A stretch of 64,000 nt of DNA from Patescibacteria group bacterium (GTDB taxonomy: Bacteria; Patescibacteriota; Gracilibacteria; UBA4473): positions 1-64,000 of the forward strand of contig CBFIAK010000001.1 in NCBI GenBank assembly GCA_965660445.1. Reading direction: 5' to 3'. Each line of letters opens with the position of its first letter. Within the stretch, counting starts at the first letter, position 1. The position numbers were made by a program, and so were the translations under genes. This document shows positions 27,991 to 37,535 of the stretch, one piece after another. A model generated the notes under the pieces. The model worked only from the letters and a program-made list of their open reading frames with translations, did not search any database and had not been told where the DNA came from.

Positions 27991-30393
27991 TTCCAGACGA
28001 AACCAGTCGTCATAACAACCAGAAATCCAATACCAATGTTTCAGTCGATCTTGGAGTGTTGGTGGAAATGAAGACACATCACTATCAATACAAGCAAGAA
28101 CATGAGAAACCCGATCAGAAACTTCTTTTTGAATACGTCTTTGAATTTTCATACGCCACACAAAAGGAACTCTTTGAAGCATATAAAACGTTTTACGAGA
28201 TAAATCTTCATCAGAACAAAACAAAAGCTCAAACACAGTGTCGAATGCCTGAATACATCCCATTTTTACAAGTGCAATACTCGCATGAAGACGAACTTGT
28301 TCGTCTGTATCAAAAAGAAAAGGTTCAATAATATGAATACTTTCTCGATCACGAACTTCTCCTAATGCATACAATGCAGCAATACAAGAATTCTTGTCCG
28401 TATGTGTTAAAAATTCGTAGAGACGTGATCGAAGTACGGATGGATCAGGTTCAAATTTCCAAAGTCCAATAATAGCATGGGAAGCTATACGAACCGATGG
28501 ATCTTCAAGATATTTTTTAATATAAAAAACAATCTCTCGGTCATGAAACTGTGAACATGATCGCAAATAAATAGATTTCAAATGTTCATCTGCACTATCC
28601 ATTGTTTCTAAAAAAAACGGTGCTGATTCTTGGTTTGGAGAGTGTCGAAACAAACTCATGACTATTTTTTCTTTCATATGGGTATCACACGATTGTGAAA
28701 ATAATTCTTTTAATACTTTTAAAAGATGATAACGCGTAAACGAATGATGATCCCAATAAAAAGAAGAAACCTCAAATTGAGAAAGAGCAATTAAAACATT
28801 TCTTTTGATAGCGATGCTTTCTTGTGGGTCTTGTAATAACTGAATATACGTATGAATGGCATGTGGGTCTTTTCGATCTTGAAGAGTAAAAATAATACGT
28901 TCTCGAATAAGGAGCGGTTCTTCTTTTTTTAATAACTCTTCTGACAAATAATGAACAGCATTCATATGACCTTTTTGCCCTAAAACCTGAATCGCATTTA
29001 TTTTTTCTTTTATGTCTTGTTGTGATTGCAATGTATGAACCGATATATGTGTAAATGGTTTTCGTGCAAAAACACCGATAAAAAAGACAATCAACAAGAC
29101 AATTCCTGCAACAGAAAAAAGTGTATGAAAATCAAAAAATAGTAACGTAATCGATCCAATGAGAATACCAAACGGTTTTATAAACCCTTCAAATAAAAGA
29201 CGGAGTGGTTCTCGTATGGTATGTACAAACGAATAATAAAAAGTATGATACGATGATTCCCCTGCTGAATGAGTTGTGTGATGAAATAATCGAAACATAT
29301 TAATAGAAACAACTCCAAAAACAAGCATCATACAAACACAAAAAAGAAACCCAATAAAAGAAAGAAACGTCCCCATAACGCCAATGTGACGCAAAAGAAG
29401 AGGCGTTAAAAATATTTGAAACAACAATGAAAGAATCGCAAAGAAAAGATGAAACATTCCCAAATCATGCGCTAAGTTTTCATGCAGAATAAATCGTGCT
29501 GAAACATCACTTAAATGCTGAGAAACGGTATCTTTCATATCATGTACAAACGTGACGGTATCAGTAAAAACTGATGCTGACATATGCAAAGGAGAAAGAG
29601 TTTTATGTGTCTCTCCTATATTTTCATAGACATGATGCACAAAAGCTGATTCAGTGACCACAAATACAAATGAAACTCCAATAAGGATTAAAGAGACAAA
29701 AGATAGAAATGAAAAAGATGACCATGAATTTCGAATGGTTTTTAAAAATGGAGTAATGATTTGTGTCGGTTCTGCCACAGAAGGAACAAATCTCAATAAA
29801 GCAGGAGAAAAAAGAAATAACACTAAGAATCCACTCAATGATAAAATCCAAAAAAGAATCCCAATGGGTAATGGGAAAAGTGATATAGAAAAAAGCAGGG
29901 TTAATGCTCCTGCAATAGAACCAATAGTAATAGAAGACTCAATAAAAGAGAAAAATCTTTCTGCTTGGATACGAGAGAAAAGTGTTTCTGTTTTTCGATA
30001 GAGGAGGATACTCAATTGAGAAAAAAACACACCTTTTCCAATCATCAGAAACAACAAAAACATCTTACTTTCAAGGGGAAACAAGAAAGCACTTCCAATA
30101 CAAACAATTGCTCCCACCCATGAAATATACACCAACGTTTGTATATGATATCGAGACGATAAAAAAGCAGTAATACCAGACCCTATCATGACAAACAACG
30201 CATCAAATAAAAAGAAAAAAGGCAATGCCCAAACTCCAAATTGCTGAACAAAGAACGTCACAATCAGTGTCCAAGCAATAACGAACCCCATATGATACAA
30301 AAATCTCAACCCCCAAGAAACAAAAACAGGCCCTTTCTCCATATCAGAAATATGAAACCGAAGCTGAAGAAAATGAAGCAAAGAAGGCACCAT
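27925..30393 (-). CDS. Npt/TLC-like (MFS-fold) transporter fused to HEAT repeats
   Basis: About 12 TMs with GVWALP, AERFFSFIES, EGFIKPFG; C-terminal HEAT repeats (AIQVLG, AALYALG, VRLHASIAL). Confidence 0.72.
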   Translation of the reverse strand: MVPSLLHFLQLRFHISDMEKGPVFVSWGLRFLYHMGFVIAWTLIVTFFVQQFGVWALPFFFLFDALFVMIGSGITAFLSSRYHIQTLVYISWVGAIVCIGSAFLFPLESKMFLLFLMIGKGVFFSQLSILLYRKTETLFSRIQAERFFSFIESSITIGSIAGALTLLFSISLFPLPIGILFWILSLSGFLVLFLFSPALLRFVPSVAEPTQIITPFLKTIRNSWSSFSFLSFVSLILIGVSFVFVVTESAFVHHVYENIGETHKTLSPLHMSASVFTDTVTFVHDMKDTVSQHLSDVSARFILHENLAHDLGMFHLFFAILSLLFQIFLTPLLLRHIGVMGTFLSFIGFLFCVCMMLVFGVVSINMFRLFHHTTHSAGESSYHTFYYSFVHTIREPLRLLFEGFIKPFGILIGSITLLFFDFHTLFSVAGIVLLIVFFIGVFARKPFTHISVHTLQSQQDIKEKINAIQVLGQKGHMNAVHYLSEELLKKEEPLLIRERIIFTLQDRKDPHAIHTYIQLLQDPQESIAIKRNVLIALSQFEVSSFYWDHHSFTRYHLLKVLKELFSQSCDTHMKEKIVMSLFRHSPNQESAPFFLETMDSADEHLKSIYLRSCSQFHDREIVFYIKKYLEDPSVRIASHAIIGLWKFEPDPSVLRSRLYEFLTHTDKNSCIAALYALGEVRDRESIHIIEPFLFDTDEQVRLHASIALVKMGCIQAFDTVFELLFCSDEDLSRKTFYMLQRVPFVWRMKIQRRIQKEVSDRVSHVLACIDSDVSSFPPTLQDRLKHWYWISGCYDDWFRLESILSSRSTAIDKSNSVVGISL

Positions 30394-30531
30394 AGAAAAC
30401 GTTTGTGTTATTTGTATTTTTATTATAATAACACATTTACTGTAAAATATCAATGTATTTCGAAAACAGATACGTTTTCCTTTTCTCCTTAAATATGATA
30501 TAAAATAAGAAATACAAAATACTTCTAAATC

Positions 30532-32586
30532 ATGACACTTGCCGTTCATACATTTGAAACGAATGCTCTTGATGAAAACTTGAGTTTCGCCTTTCATGAA
30601 ACAATTTCAGAAGGACGAGAAATTTATTTTATTGCCAAGTTTAAAACACCAGCTCCTCATACGGCTGAATATGCAGAAAACATATTTGGATCTATTATTG
30701 ATGCATTCACTGATTCCGATACAAAAAATGCATATGATGCCTTTGAAGAAGGGCTAAAAATGGCAAATGGAGAAATTACAAAACGCAAAAAACAAAAAGC
30801 AGAAACCCCTGAAATCGTTGTTGCTTTTTTTGATTTCCACAATCTTTATCTTTCACAAGCAGGACAATCTGAAGTATATTTAATTCGAGATGGAGCGTTG
30901 TCACAGATTACGGAAACAGAGAGTGATGAAGCTTCTTTCTCAAATATTTTAAGTGGACAAATTACTATTAATGATATTGTGATTATTTCTACGAGTCGTA
31001 TTTTGAGAGTTTTGACTTCAAATCAGCTAGTAGACATGTTTGAATCAAACAATTTCACTGATAACATATCCCTCTTAAAACACGAATTACGAACAAAAAC
31101 AAAAGAAAGTATTCTTTTGTCGGTTATTGGTGTTGGAAAACAAAAAAAAGAAGATCGAGCTGGATTTTTATCTCAGTTAGTGCACACCAAAAAATCACAA
31201 AAAAAAGGAGAAATCGAATCCATTCCATCGCAAGAAATGCCATTACAAGAATCAGACGATGATGCAATTATTGCTGATATTGATTCAGAAACTTCTGATG
31301 GAATAAATCAAAACGAATCCCAAGAAACAAAAACCGAAAATCCGTATAACACAGAAACTCAAGCAGAACTATCAGACGACACAGTTACTCCGATTCACTT
31401 ACCAAAAAAACAACGACAACAAATCGCTATTCGCAAAAAAATACAAGACTGGATTGGGCTTATTCGAAAAATACAGTTCAAAAACACGCCCCCTAAAAAA
31501 ATTATTATTGCATTAGGAGGGTTATTTATTCTCTTGATTGGGCTTATCAGTATACGGATAGCACAAAATCACGATTCGGAAGCAGTAACGCAGGTACGAG
31601 CAAATATTCAACTCTCAAGAGACACGATGAAACAAGCCAACGAATTACTGTTTCAAGGTGATCGAAAGGGAGCAAACGAACTTCTCCAATCGGCAGAAGA
31701 TCTTATTATACCAGCACTCAATTCATCCGATGAAGAACTACGTGATACTGCTCGTTTCTTGAAAGCAGATATCGAACGTCAAAAACTAGAAGCTGAAAAC
31801 GCTGTTAAATTAACACCAAAAAACATTGCTGATTTAGGACTTAAAAATAGTAATTTCCGATCAATTGGGTTTAACGAGCTTCGAGGAAATCTGTATGTTC
31901 ACAACGAGACAGATGTTATTAAAACCATCCGAGGAATTGTAGAAAACCCAATCACTATCACAACACAAGAAGCCATTACAGCTTCAACTGTTCGAGGTCC
32001 TCAAGATACTCTTATTTTCCTCACGAACACACCACGTATCATAGAATACAAAGGTGGAGTTATCAGCCCAATGAATACACAAGATTCCACTTGGAAACAA
32101 GGAATAGATGTTGATGTCTTTGGAAGTCGGTTTATCTATATTCTTGATCCAGTATCAAATCAAATCTGGAAATATGAACGAAGACGTTCTGATTACTCTA
32201 ATGCCTCCGCATATAATAAAAGTGGAGACTTATCGAGAGCTGTCAGTATGGCAATTGATGGTCATATATATGTCCTTTCGGATAATGGAAACATTCAAAA
32301 ACTCCTACGAGGAGAAAACGAAGCGTATGAGTTTCGAGATCTTCCATCAATTCCATTTACAGGGAATAAGTTAAAACTATTTACGTCTGAATCTCATAGT
32401 TTTCTCTATGTGCTTGACCCAGACAATAGTCGAGTATTAGTGTTTCAAAAAGGTGACCGATTTGCAACCTATCGAAAGCAGATATTTTTTGAGACCATTC
32501 CTGAAGCTATTGATTTTCACATAAATGAATCAGGTCAAAAAGTGAATATTTTAACGGAAGATAAAATATATGAATTTGATTTGTAA
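30532..32586 (+). CDS. PP2C-like domain, acidic linker, TM, helical region and beta-propeller membrane protein
   Basis: LYLSQAGQSEVYLIRDG (PP2C-like); TM IIIALGGLFILLIGLISI; NHL-like IYILDP..NQIWKY and LYVLDPDNSRVLVF. Confidence 0.75.
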   Translation: MTLAVHTFETNALDENLSFAFHETISEGREIYFIAKFKTPAPHTAEYAENIFGSIIDAFTDSDTKNAYDAFEEGLKMANGEITKRKKQKAETPEIVVAFFDFHNLYLSQAGQSEVYLIRDGALSQITETESDEASFSNILSGQITINDIVIISTSRILRVLTSNQLVDMFESNNFTDNISLLKHELRTKTKESILLSVIGVGKQKKEDRAGFLSQLVHTKKSQKKGEIESIPSQEMPLQESDDDAIIADIDSETSDGINQNESQETKTENPYNTETQAELSDDTVTPIHLPKKQRQQIAIRKKIQDWIGLIRKIQFKNTPPKKIIIALGGLFILLIGLISIRIAQNHDSEAVTQVRANIQLSRDTMKQANELLFQGDRKGANELLQSAEDLIIPALNSSDEELRDTARFLKADIERQKLEAENAVKLTPKNIADLGLKNSNFRSIGFNELRGNLYVHNETDVIKTIRGIVENPITITTQEAITASTVRGPQDTLIFLTNTPRIIEYKGGVISPMNTQDSTWKQGIDVDVFGSRFIYILDPVSNQIWKYERRRSDYSNASAYNKSGDLSRAVSMAIDGHIYVLSDNGNIQKLLRGENEAYEFRDLPSIPFTGNKLKLFTSESHSFLYVLDPDNSRVLVFQKGDRFATYRKQIFFETIPEAIDFHINESGQKVNILTEDKIYEFDL

Positions 32587-32589
32587 CCT

Positions 32590-32841
32590 ATGACACAAAA
32601 AACAACTATTGGAGTGTGCACAGGACCACGATGCACACAAAAACTTTCACATTACACACTCGAAAGAGCCAAAAACGAATGTGTATTTTCAAAAAAAGAA
32701 AATGAGATTGCGATTGAAGAATGTGGATGCCAAGGAAACTGCGAAAAAGGTCCAACAATTATTATTCGTCAAGGCGAAAACCGAGAACAAAAAAGTTTTG
32801 TTTCCCCTTTAGAAATATCTAAAATCATTAAACGTTTATAA
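32590..32841 (+). CDS. Thioredoxin-like (2Fe-2S) ferredoxin
   Basis: CTGPRC...CQGNCEKGP cysteine pattern. Confidence 0.85.
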   Translation: MTQKTTIGVCTGPRCTQKLSHYTLERAKNECVFSKKENEIAIEECGCQGNCEKGPTIIIRQGENREQKSFVSPLEISKIIKRL

Positions 32842-32851
32842 TTTTCACATT

Positions 32852-33580
32852 ATGACTATCTACAATGGAACATGTCGCATAGAAGCAATATATGATAAAG
32901 CCGATAACACAAAAGAGTTTCATTTATCGTTTCCCTTTTATGCACCACTTGGAAGCCAAGAACAAGCAACCGATACTTTTTCGTTTCAATCAGGTCAATT
33001 TTTATCGCTTGGATTTACAGAAAAACAATGGCGAGCTTATTCCATTGCATCAGCTGAAAAAGAAAAATATGTAATACTCATCATTCGACTTGTTCCTGAT
33101 GGAATTGGGTCTTCTTATTTACGTTCTGCAAAAATAGGTGATACGTTTCCATTCAAAGGTCCATTTGGGCATTTTACACTGTCTAATACTCATAATGCAC
33201 ACCTTGTTTTTTGTGCAACGGGAACTGGAATTGCTCCTTTTCGGTCTATGATTCAAACTGAAAACAAAAAAATAAATCCACGACGCATGACACTGCTTTA
33301 TGGTGGACGAACACAATCTGATATTGCCTACCTAGACGAAATTAATACATGGGCATCAAACCTTGAAGTACATATTGGACTGTCACAAGAAGAAAATCCC
33401 AATCTTTCTTTTGGAGATGTTCGTCAATGTAGAATCACTCAATTTATAGAAGAAATAAGTGATTTCCAAGACAAGGAATTCTATATTTGTGGAAACGGAA
33501 ACATGGTACGGTCTGTAACAGAATTATTACAGGTTCAGGGACTTGAAAAAAATCAAATTCGGACAGAAAGTTTCAATTAA
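32852..33580 (+). CDS. Ferredoxin-NAD(P) reductase family FAD-binding oxidoreductase
   Basis: GQF, RAYSIAS, GIGSSYL, ATGTGIAPF, YICG, ESF. Confidence 0.9.
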   Translation: MTIYNGTCRIEAIYDKADNTKEFHLSFPFYAPLGSQEQATDTFSFQSGQFLSLGFTEKQWRAYSIASAEKEKYVILIIRLVPDGIGSSYLRSAKIGDTFPFKGPFGHFTLSNTHNAHLVFCATGTGIAPFRSMIQTENKKINPRRMTLLYGGRTQSDIAYLDEINTWASNLEVHIGLSQEENPNLSFGDVRQCRITQFIEEISDFQDKEFYICGNGNMVRSVTELLQVQGLEKNQIRTESFN

Positions 33581-33584
33581 GATT

Positions 33585-34346
33585 CTACTGTTGTTTCTTG
33601 ATGATTCTATATCCCCAAAAACTCAACCCCATAACAATCAAAGAAAACCACTGACCAGCATTGAGAGACAAAAACACCCACCCCACAGGTTTCCAAAACT
33701 CAATAATAAATCGAAGGACCCCATATCCCCCAAGAAAAACAGCGGTTAGTATCCCTTGGGTATTATTTTTCTGTTTCCATACAAACAATAAGACACTCAT
33801 CAAGATCAGGTTTTTTAATGACTCATAAATTTGTGTTGGATGTCTTAATTGGTCATCAATATGAGGAAAAATAACACCCCATGAAGCCTCAGTGGGTTTT
33901 CCTACTAGTTCTCCATTCACAAAGTTTGCAAACCGACCAAAAACAAGTACACAGGCTAAAGGAATAGCAAGTGAATCGGTCACACGAAAAAACGAACTCC
34001 AATCCTTCTTCAATCGAATCCAGAGAAAGAAAAGAGCCGAAAAAAGTCCTCCATGAAAAGACATTCCCCCCTTCCAAATAAAAAATACTTCTTGAGGGGC
34101 AGTAAGAAATATTTCTGGACGATACAAAAGAAGTTCCCCAACTCGACCACCAAGCACACCCCATAAGAAAACACCAAATAATAACGATTCAAAATCAGAA
34201 GATGTCAATTGTGTTTTGCCAAATGATTTATATATATTCCATCCCCAAAGAGAACAGAGGAAAAAACCACCCACATAAACCAATCCATACCACCGAATAG
34301 GAAACCCAAAAAGAAAGAATGCAACCGGATCAAAATTCCAAATCAT
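33585..34346 (-). CDS. lgt: Prolipoprotein diacylglyceryl transferase
   Basis: IRWYG, LGGR, GGMSFHGG, GRFANFVNGEL, RHPTQIYE. Confidence 0.95.
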   Translation of the reverse strand: MIWNFDPVAFFLFGFPIRWYGLVYVGGFFLCSLWGWNIYKSFGKTQLTSSDFESLLFGVFLWGVLGGRVGELLLYRPEIFLTAPQEVFFIWKGGMSFHGGLFSALFFLWIRLKKDWSSFFRVTDSLAIPLACVLVFGRFANFVNGELVGKPTEASWGVIFPHIDDQLRHPTQIYESLKNLILMSVLLFVWKQKNNTQGILTAVFLGGYGVLRFIIEFWKPVGWVFLSLNAGQWFSLIVMGLSFWGYRIIKKQQ

Positions 34347-35002
34347 GAGATAAATAGTTCCAAAGGACGCAATCCCACTATGCGAAAAAACGGTCTTAAA
34401 AATGGCTTTTTGAAATAGGTATTCCATCGAAAAGCTTCTTGATTATAAAATTGTTGGAGCGTATATAGTTTTTCATCAAGAAATGTAAAATCATCAAGTA
34501 AATGATGAATAAGTTCTTTTTGGGAAGCGTTACTGTTTTTTTCTGCACGAGTAAAGAAATCCATCACAATACGAGACACATCTTGTTCTATTATGATCCG
34601 TTTCTCAGGATGACGAGAAAACGAATGATTTTGAACCAAAAGACGTATATCTAAAAGGGTGTTTCTGTCGGCATGAGATAGGATATTGTTTCGTACAGAA
34701 ACAGTATACAATAACGGCAAAATCATGTGTCGTTTTGCTAAAAAAAACAAAATCAAACTCCATATTTTTAAAATGCGTTTTTGTTCTCTATACAGAATTC
34801 CGTAACCAATAAACACACATAAAATTCCAACCCCTCCCAAAAAAAGCAATATCGCATACTCATTCAAAAATGAATCAATCGATTGAAGCACTTCTCTTAA
34901 TAAAGCCTGTGAATCATCAGAAAGCTGAGCTGAAACGGAACGATACAATCGTTCATCCCAACTTAATTCAACACCAGAAGGTAAAGGCGTTCTAGAAATC
35001 AT
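34343..35002 (-). CDS. LemA-like membrane protein (divergent)
   Basis: Single TM then KRHMILPLL...QFYNQEAFRWN...PF, resembling LemA; overlaps the lgt start. Confidence 0.6.
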   Translation of the reverse strand: MISRTPLPSGVELSWDERLYRSVSAQLSDDSQALLREVLQSIDSFLNEYAILLFLGGVGILCVFIGYGILYREQKRILKIWSLILFFLAKRHMILPLLYTVSVRNNILSHADRNTLLDIRLLVQNHSFSRHPEKRIIIEQDVSRIVMDFFTRAEKNSNASQKELIHHLLDDFTFLDEKLYTLQQFYNQEAFRWNTYFKKPFLRPFFRIVGLRPLELFIS

Positions 35003-35147
35003 AAGCACCTAAAAAATCAAAAGAAGTACGAAACCCAAACGAACCAAAAACTGATTCTAATTCTTGATGAAGCTGATCTTTTTCATTTTCATAAAAAGTT
35101 GAAGATGTTGGAATACGATTGAAGAGAGGCATATGTTTTCTTTTCAT
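34992..35147 (-). CDS. Small unannotated ORF (51 aa) overlapping the start of the LemA-like gene
   Basis: MKRKHMPLFNRIPTSSTFYENEKDQLHQELESVFGSFGFRTSFDFLGAYDF*, translated by hand; fills the intergenic gap. Confidence 0.4.
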   Translation of the reverse strand: MKRKHMPLFNRIPTSSTFYENEKDQLHQELESVFGSFGFRTSFDFLGAYDF

Positions 35148-35170
35148 GGCAATTGGTTTACAGTGAGTAT

Positions 35171-36268
35171 ATGATATCTACAGAAAAAAACAAATGCCCC
35201 CTTGCTCTCTACGCACAGACAAATAGAACACAAGGGAGACAGCATCCCGAAGCAGAAGATCCACAAAGAAATCCGTTTCAAAGAGATCGGAATCGTATTA
35301 TTCACACGACTGCTTTTCGGCGTCTACAAGGAAAAACACAGGTCGTTTCTCCTGATTACGGTGATCATTTTCGAAACCGACTCACGCATACCATTGAAGT
35401 ATCTCTTACTTCTCGTGATATTGCACGACAACTGAATGTGAACGAAGACCTATGTGAATCTATAGCTCTTGCTCATGATTTAGGCCATCCACCGTTTGGA
35501 CATGCAGGAGAAGATGCACTCCACAAGAAAATGAAATCAGTGGGACTTACGTTTGATCATAACAAACAAAGTTTGAGAATGGTTGATATATTTGAGTCTC
35601 GATATTTTGGGTTTCGAGGTATTAATCTTACAAAAGAAGTAAGAGAAGGTATCGAAAAACACGAAAATATATTCTTCACAAAAACCAATGAACGAATCTA
35701 TTTTCCACATATAGAATCACAAGTAGTTGATATAGCCGATGAAATAACATATCTCTGCTCTGATATAGAAGATGGACTTTTGGGAAACTTTTTTAGTGTT
35801 TCAGATCTCCTGACACTCCCTTTGATGAAAAATATTATAAACGATCTCCCTGTCACACAAAGGGAACATCGATCGTCTATTATTCGAAATACAATGCGCA
35901 TCTTGCTTCAATACCTTATCGAAGGAACATTGTCTCATATTAAAACCCACAATATTCGCACACAAACCGATGTCCAAAAACATCCACACCACATTGTGCA
36001 GTTTCAAGACTCTATTCGTACAGAATTTTTACACATAAAACAGTTTCTGTATCAGCAATATTATACTCATCCCGATATTGAAGGAAGAAACCAATCTGGA
36101 ATTGAAAAACTCAATGCAATTTTTGATTTTCTTGTACGCAATCCTTCATCAATACCACACAATTTTATACACGAAGAAAAAAATGATTATATCCGTATTG
36201 GAGACTATATTGCGGGTATGACTGATCGTTTTGCCCTTCAATTTTATACACAAAACATTGCACAGTAA
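35171..36268 (+). CDS. dgt: dNTP triphosphohydrolase (dGTPase, HD domain)
   Basis: FQRDRNRIIH, FRRLQGKTQV, RLTHTIEV, AHDLGHPPFGHAGE, DYIAGMTD. Confidence 0.94.
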   Translation: MISTEKNKCPLALYAQTNRTQGRQHPEAEDPQRNPFQRDRNRIIHTTAFRRLQGKTQVVSPDYGDHFRNRLTHTIEVSLTSRDIARQLNVNEDLCESIALAHDLGHPPFGHAGEDALHKKMKSVGLTFDHNKQSLRMVDIFESRYFGFRGINLTKEVREGIEKHENIFFTKTNERIYFPHIESQVVDIADEITYLCSDIEDGLLGNFFSVSDLLTLPLMKNIINDLPVTQREHRSSIIRNTMRILLQYLIEGTLSHIKTHNIRTQTDVQKHPHHIVQFQDSIRTEFLHIKQFLYQQYYTHPDIEGRNQSGIEKLNAIFDFLVRNPSSIPHNFIHEEKNDYIRIGDYIAGMTDRFALQFYTQNIAQ

Positions 36269-36308
36269 CGCTGTACTTTTCTTATCTCTATTCATATAAT
36301 ACAAACTG

Positions 36309-36950
36309 ATGAAAATATCTGTTTCAATTCTGGATGCAAACTTTCAAACCCTCCAACAGGAAATAGACTCATTGCATACAGCAGACTCTCTTCACTTAGA
36401 TATTATGGATGGACATTATGTACCGAATCTAAGTTTTGGAACGCATATCCTCCAATCATTGACATTTCCGATTCCAACCCAAACACATCTCATGGTACAA
36501 AACCCAGAAGATTTCTTTGACGGATGCAGAAAAATCAACACAGAATCTATTTCTTTTCATATTGAAGCCACGGGACATCACAAAGCACTTCTACTCTTAA
36601 AATACTTAAAAAGACACAACCAAAAAGCAGGGCTTGCTCTTGATCTCTACACAAACCCAGAATGGATTACTCCTCAACTTTTTCCATTTATCGATACATT
36701 GACTCTTTTGTCTGTTAAGTCTGGTTACGGAGGACAAACGTTTCAAAATTCTGTTTTTGAAAAAATAGCATTTTTCCGAAAAAAAGGTTTTCATGGACTC
36801 ATAGAAGTAGATGGAGGTGTTACACAAGAGAATATATCATCTATAGCACATGCTGGAGCTGATCAAGTAGTGATTGGAAGTGCTCTTACAAAAATCAATC
36901 CCGAAGAGAGAGATCCTATGATTCAATTCTTGAGAGAGCGAAGTCTGTAG
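36309..36950 (+). CDS. rpe: Ribulose-phosphate 3-epimerase
   Basis: LHLDIMDGHYVPNLSFG, HLMV, GYGGQ, IEVDGG. Confidence 0.94.
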   Translation: MKISVSILDANFQTLQQEIDSLHTADSLHLDIMDGHYVPNLSFGTHILQSLTFPIPTQTHLMVQNPEDFFDGCRKINTESISFHIEATGHHKALLLLKYLKRHNQKAGLALDLYTNPEWITPQLFPFIDTLTLLSVKSGYGGQTFQNSVFEKIAFFRKKGFHGLIEVDGGVTQENISSIAHAGADQVVIGSALTKINPEERDPMIQFLRERSL

Positions 36951-37017
36951 TCCTTCCTATTTTCCTTGACTTCAAAGACAGAAAAAGATACAAATAAACA
37001 CGAAAATCACTTTTTCT

Positions 37018-37467
37018 ATGGAAACTATTATTCAAAAAGCCCTCAAACTTCTTCTTGATAAATACGGAGCTTCTTATGATTGCGTGCGAGTAGAGGAGGA
37101 AAACGATCATTACTACGCTCTTATTGAAACAGAAGATCCATCACGACTTATTGGACGAAATGGAGCAACTATAAATGCACTGCAAACGATCCTCAAAAAC
37201 ATTTTGTGGACTCAAAACGAAAAAAAAGTATTCTTAACACTTGATGTTGATGGATATCGACAATCTCAGTATGAAAAAACGTATGATAAGATACGAAAAT
37301 CTATTGAAATGATGAAAGACCGAAACTTATCTGAATTAACACTCTATCCTATGAAACCATCGTTAAGACGTTTGGTTCATTTATGGATAGCAAAAAACTA
37401 CCCAGAGCTGTCAACAAACTCTGTAGGAGAAGGAACACAACGAACCATTCATGTGTTTTACAAATAA
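37018..37467 (+). CDS. jag: Jag/KhpB-like KH + R3H RNA-binding protein
   Basis: LIGRNGATINALQ, LDVDGYR, RRLVH, SVGEG. Confidence 0.88.
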   Translation: METIIQKALKLLLDKYGASYDCVRVEEENDHYYALIETEDPSRLIGRNGATINALQTILKNILWTQNEKKVFLTLDVDGYRQSQYEKTYDKIRKSIEMMKDRNLSELTLYPMKPSLRRLVHLWIAKNYPELSTNSVGEGTQRTIHVFYK

Positions 37468-37535
37468 TACACTGAAAAAGATTGAACTCTCTCAAAATAA
37501 GAATACAATGACGTGTGTATTTTTCACTTATATGC

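Noticed and set aside
35171-36268. dGTPase as an anti-phage system
   Set aside because: Housekeeping-type Dgt in a core-gene context next to rpe; nothing indicates a defence island.
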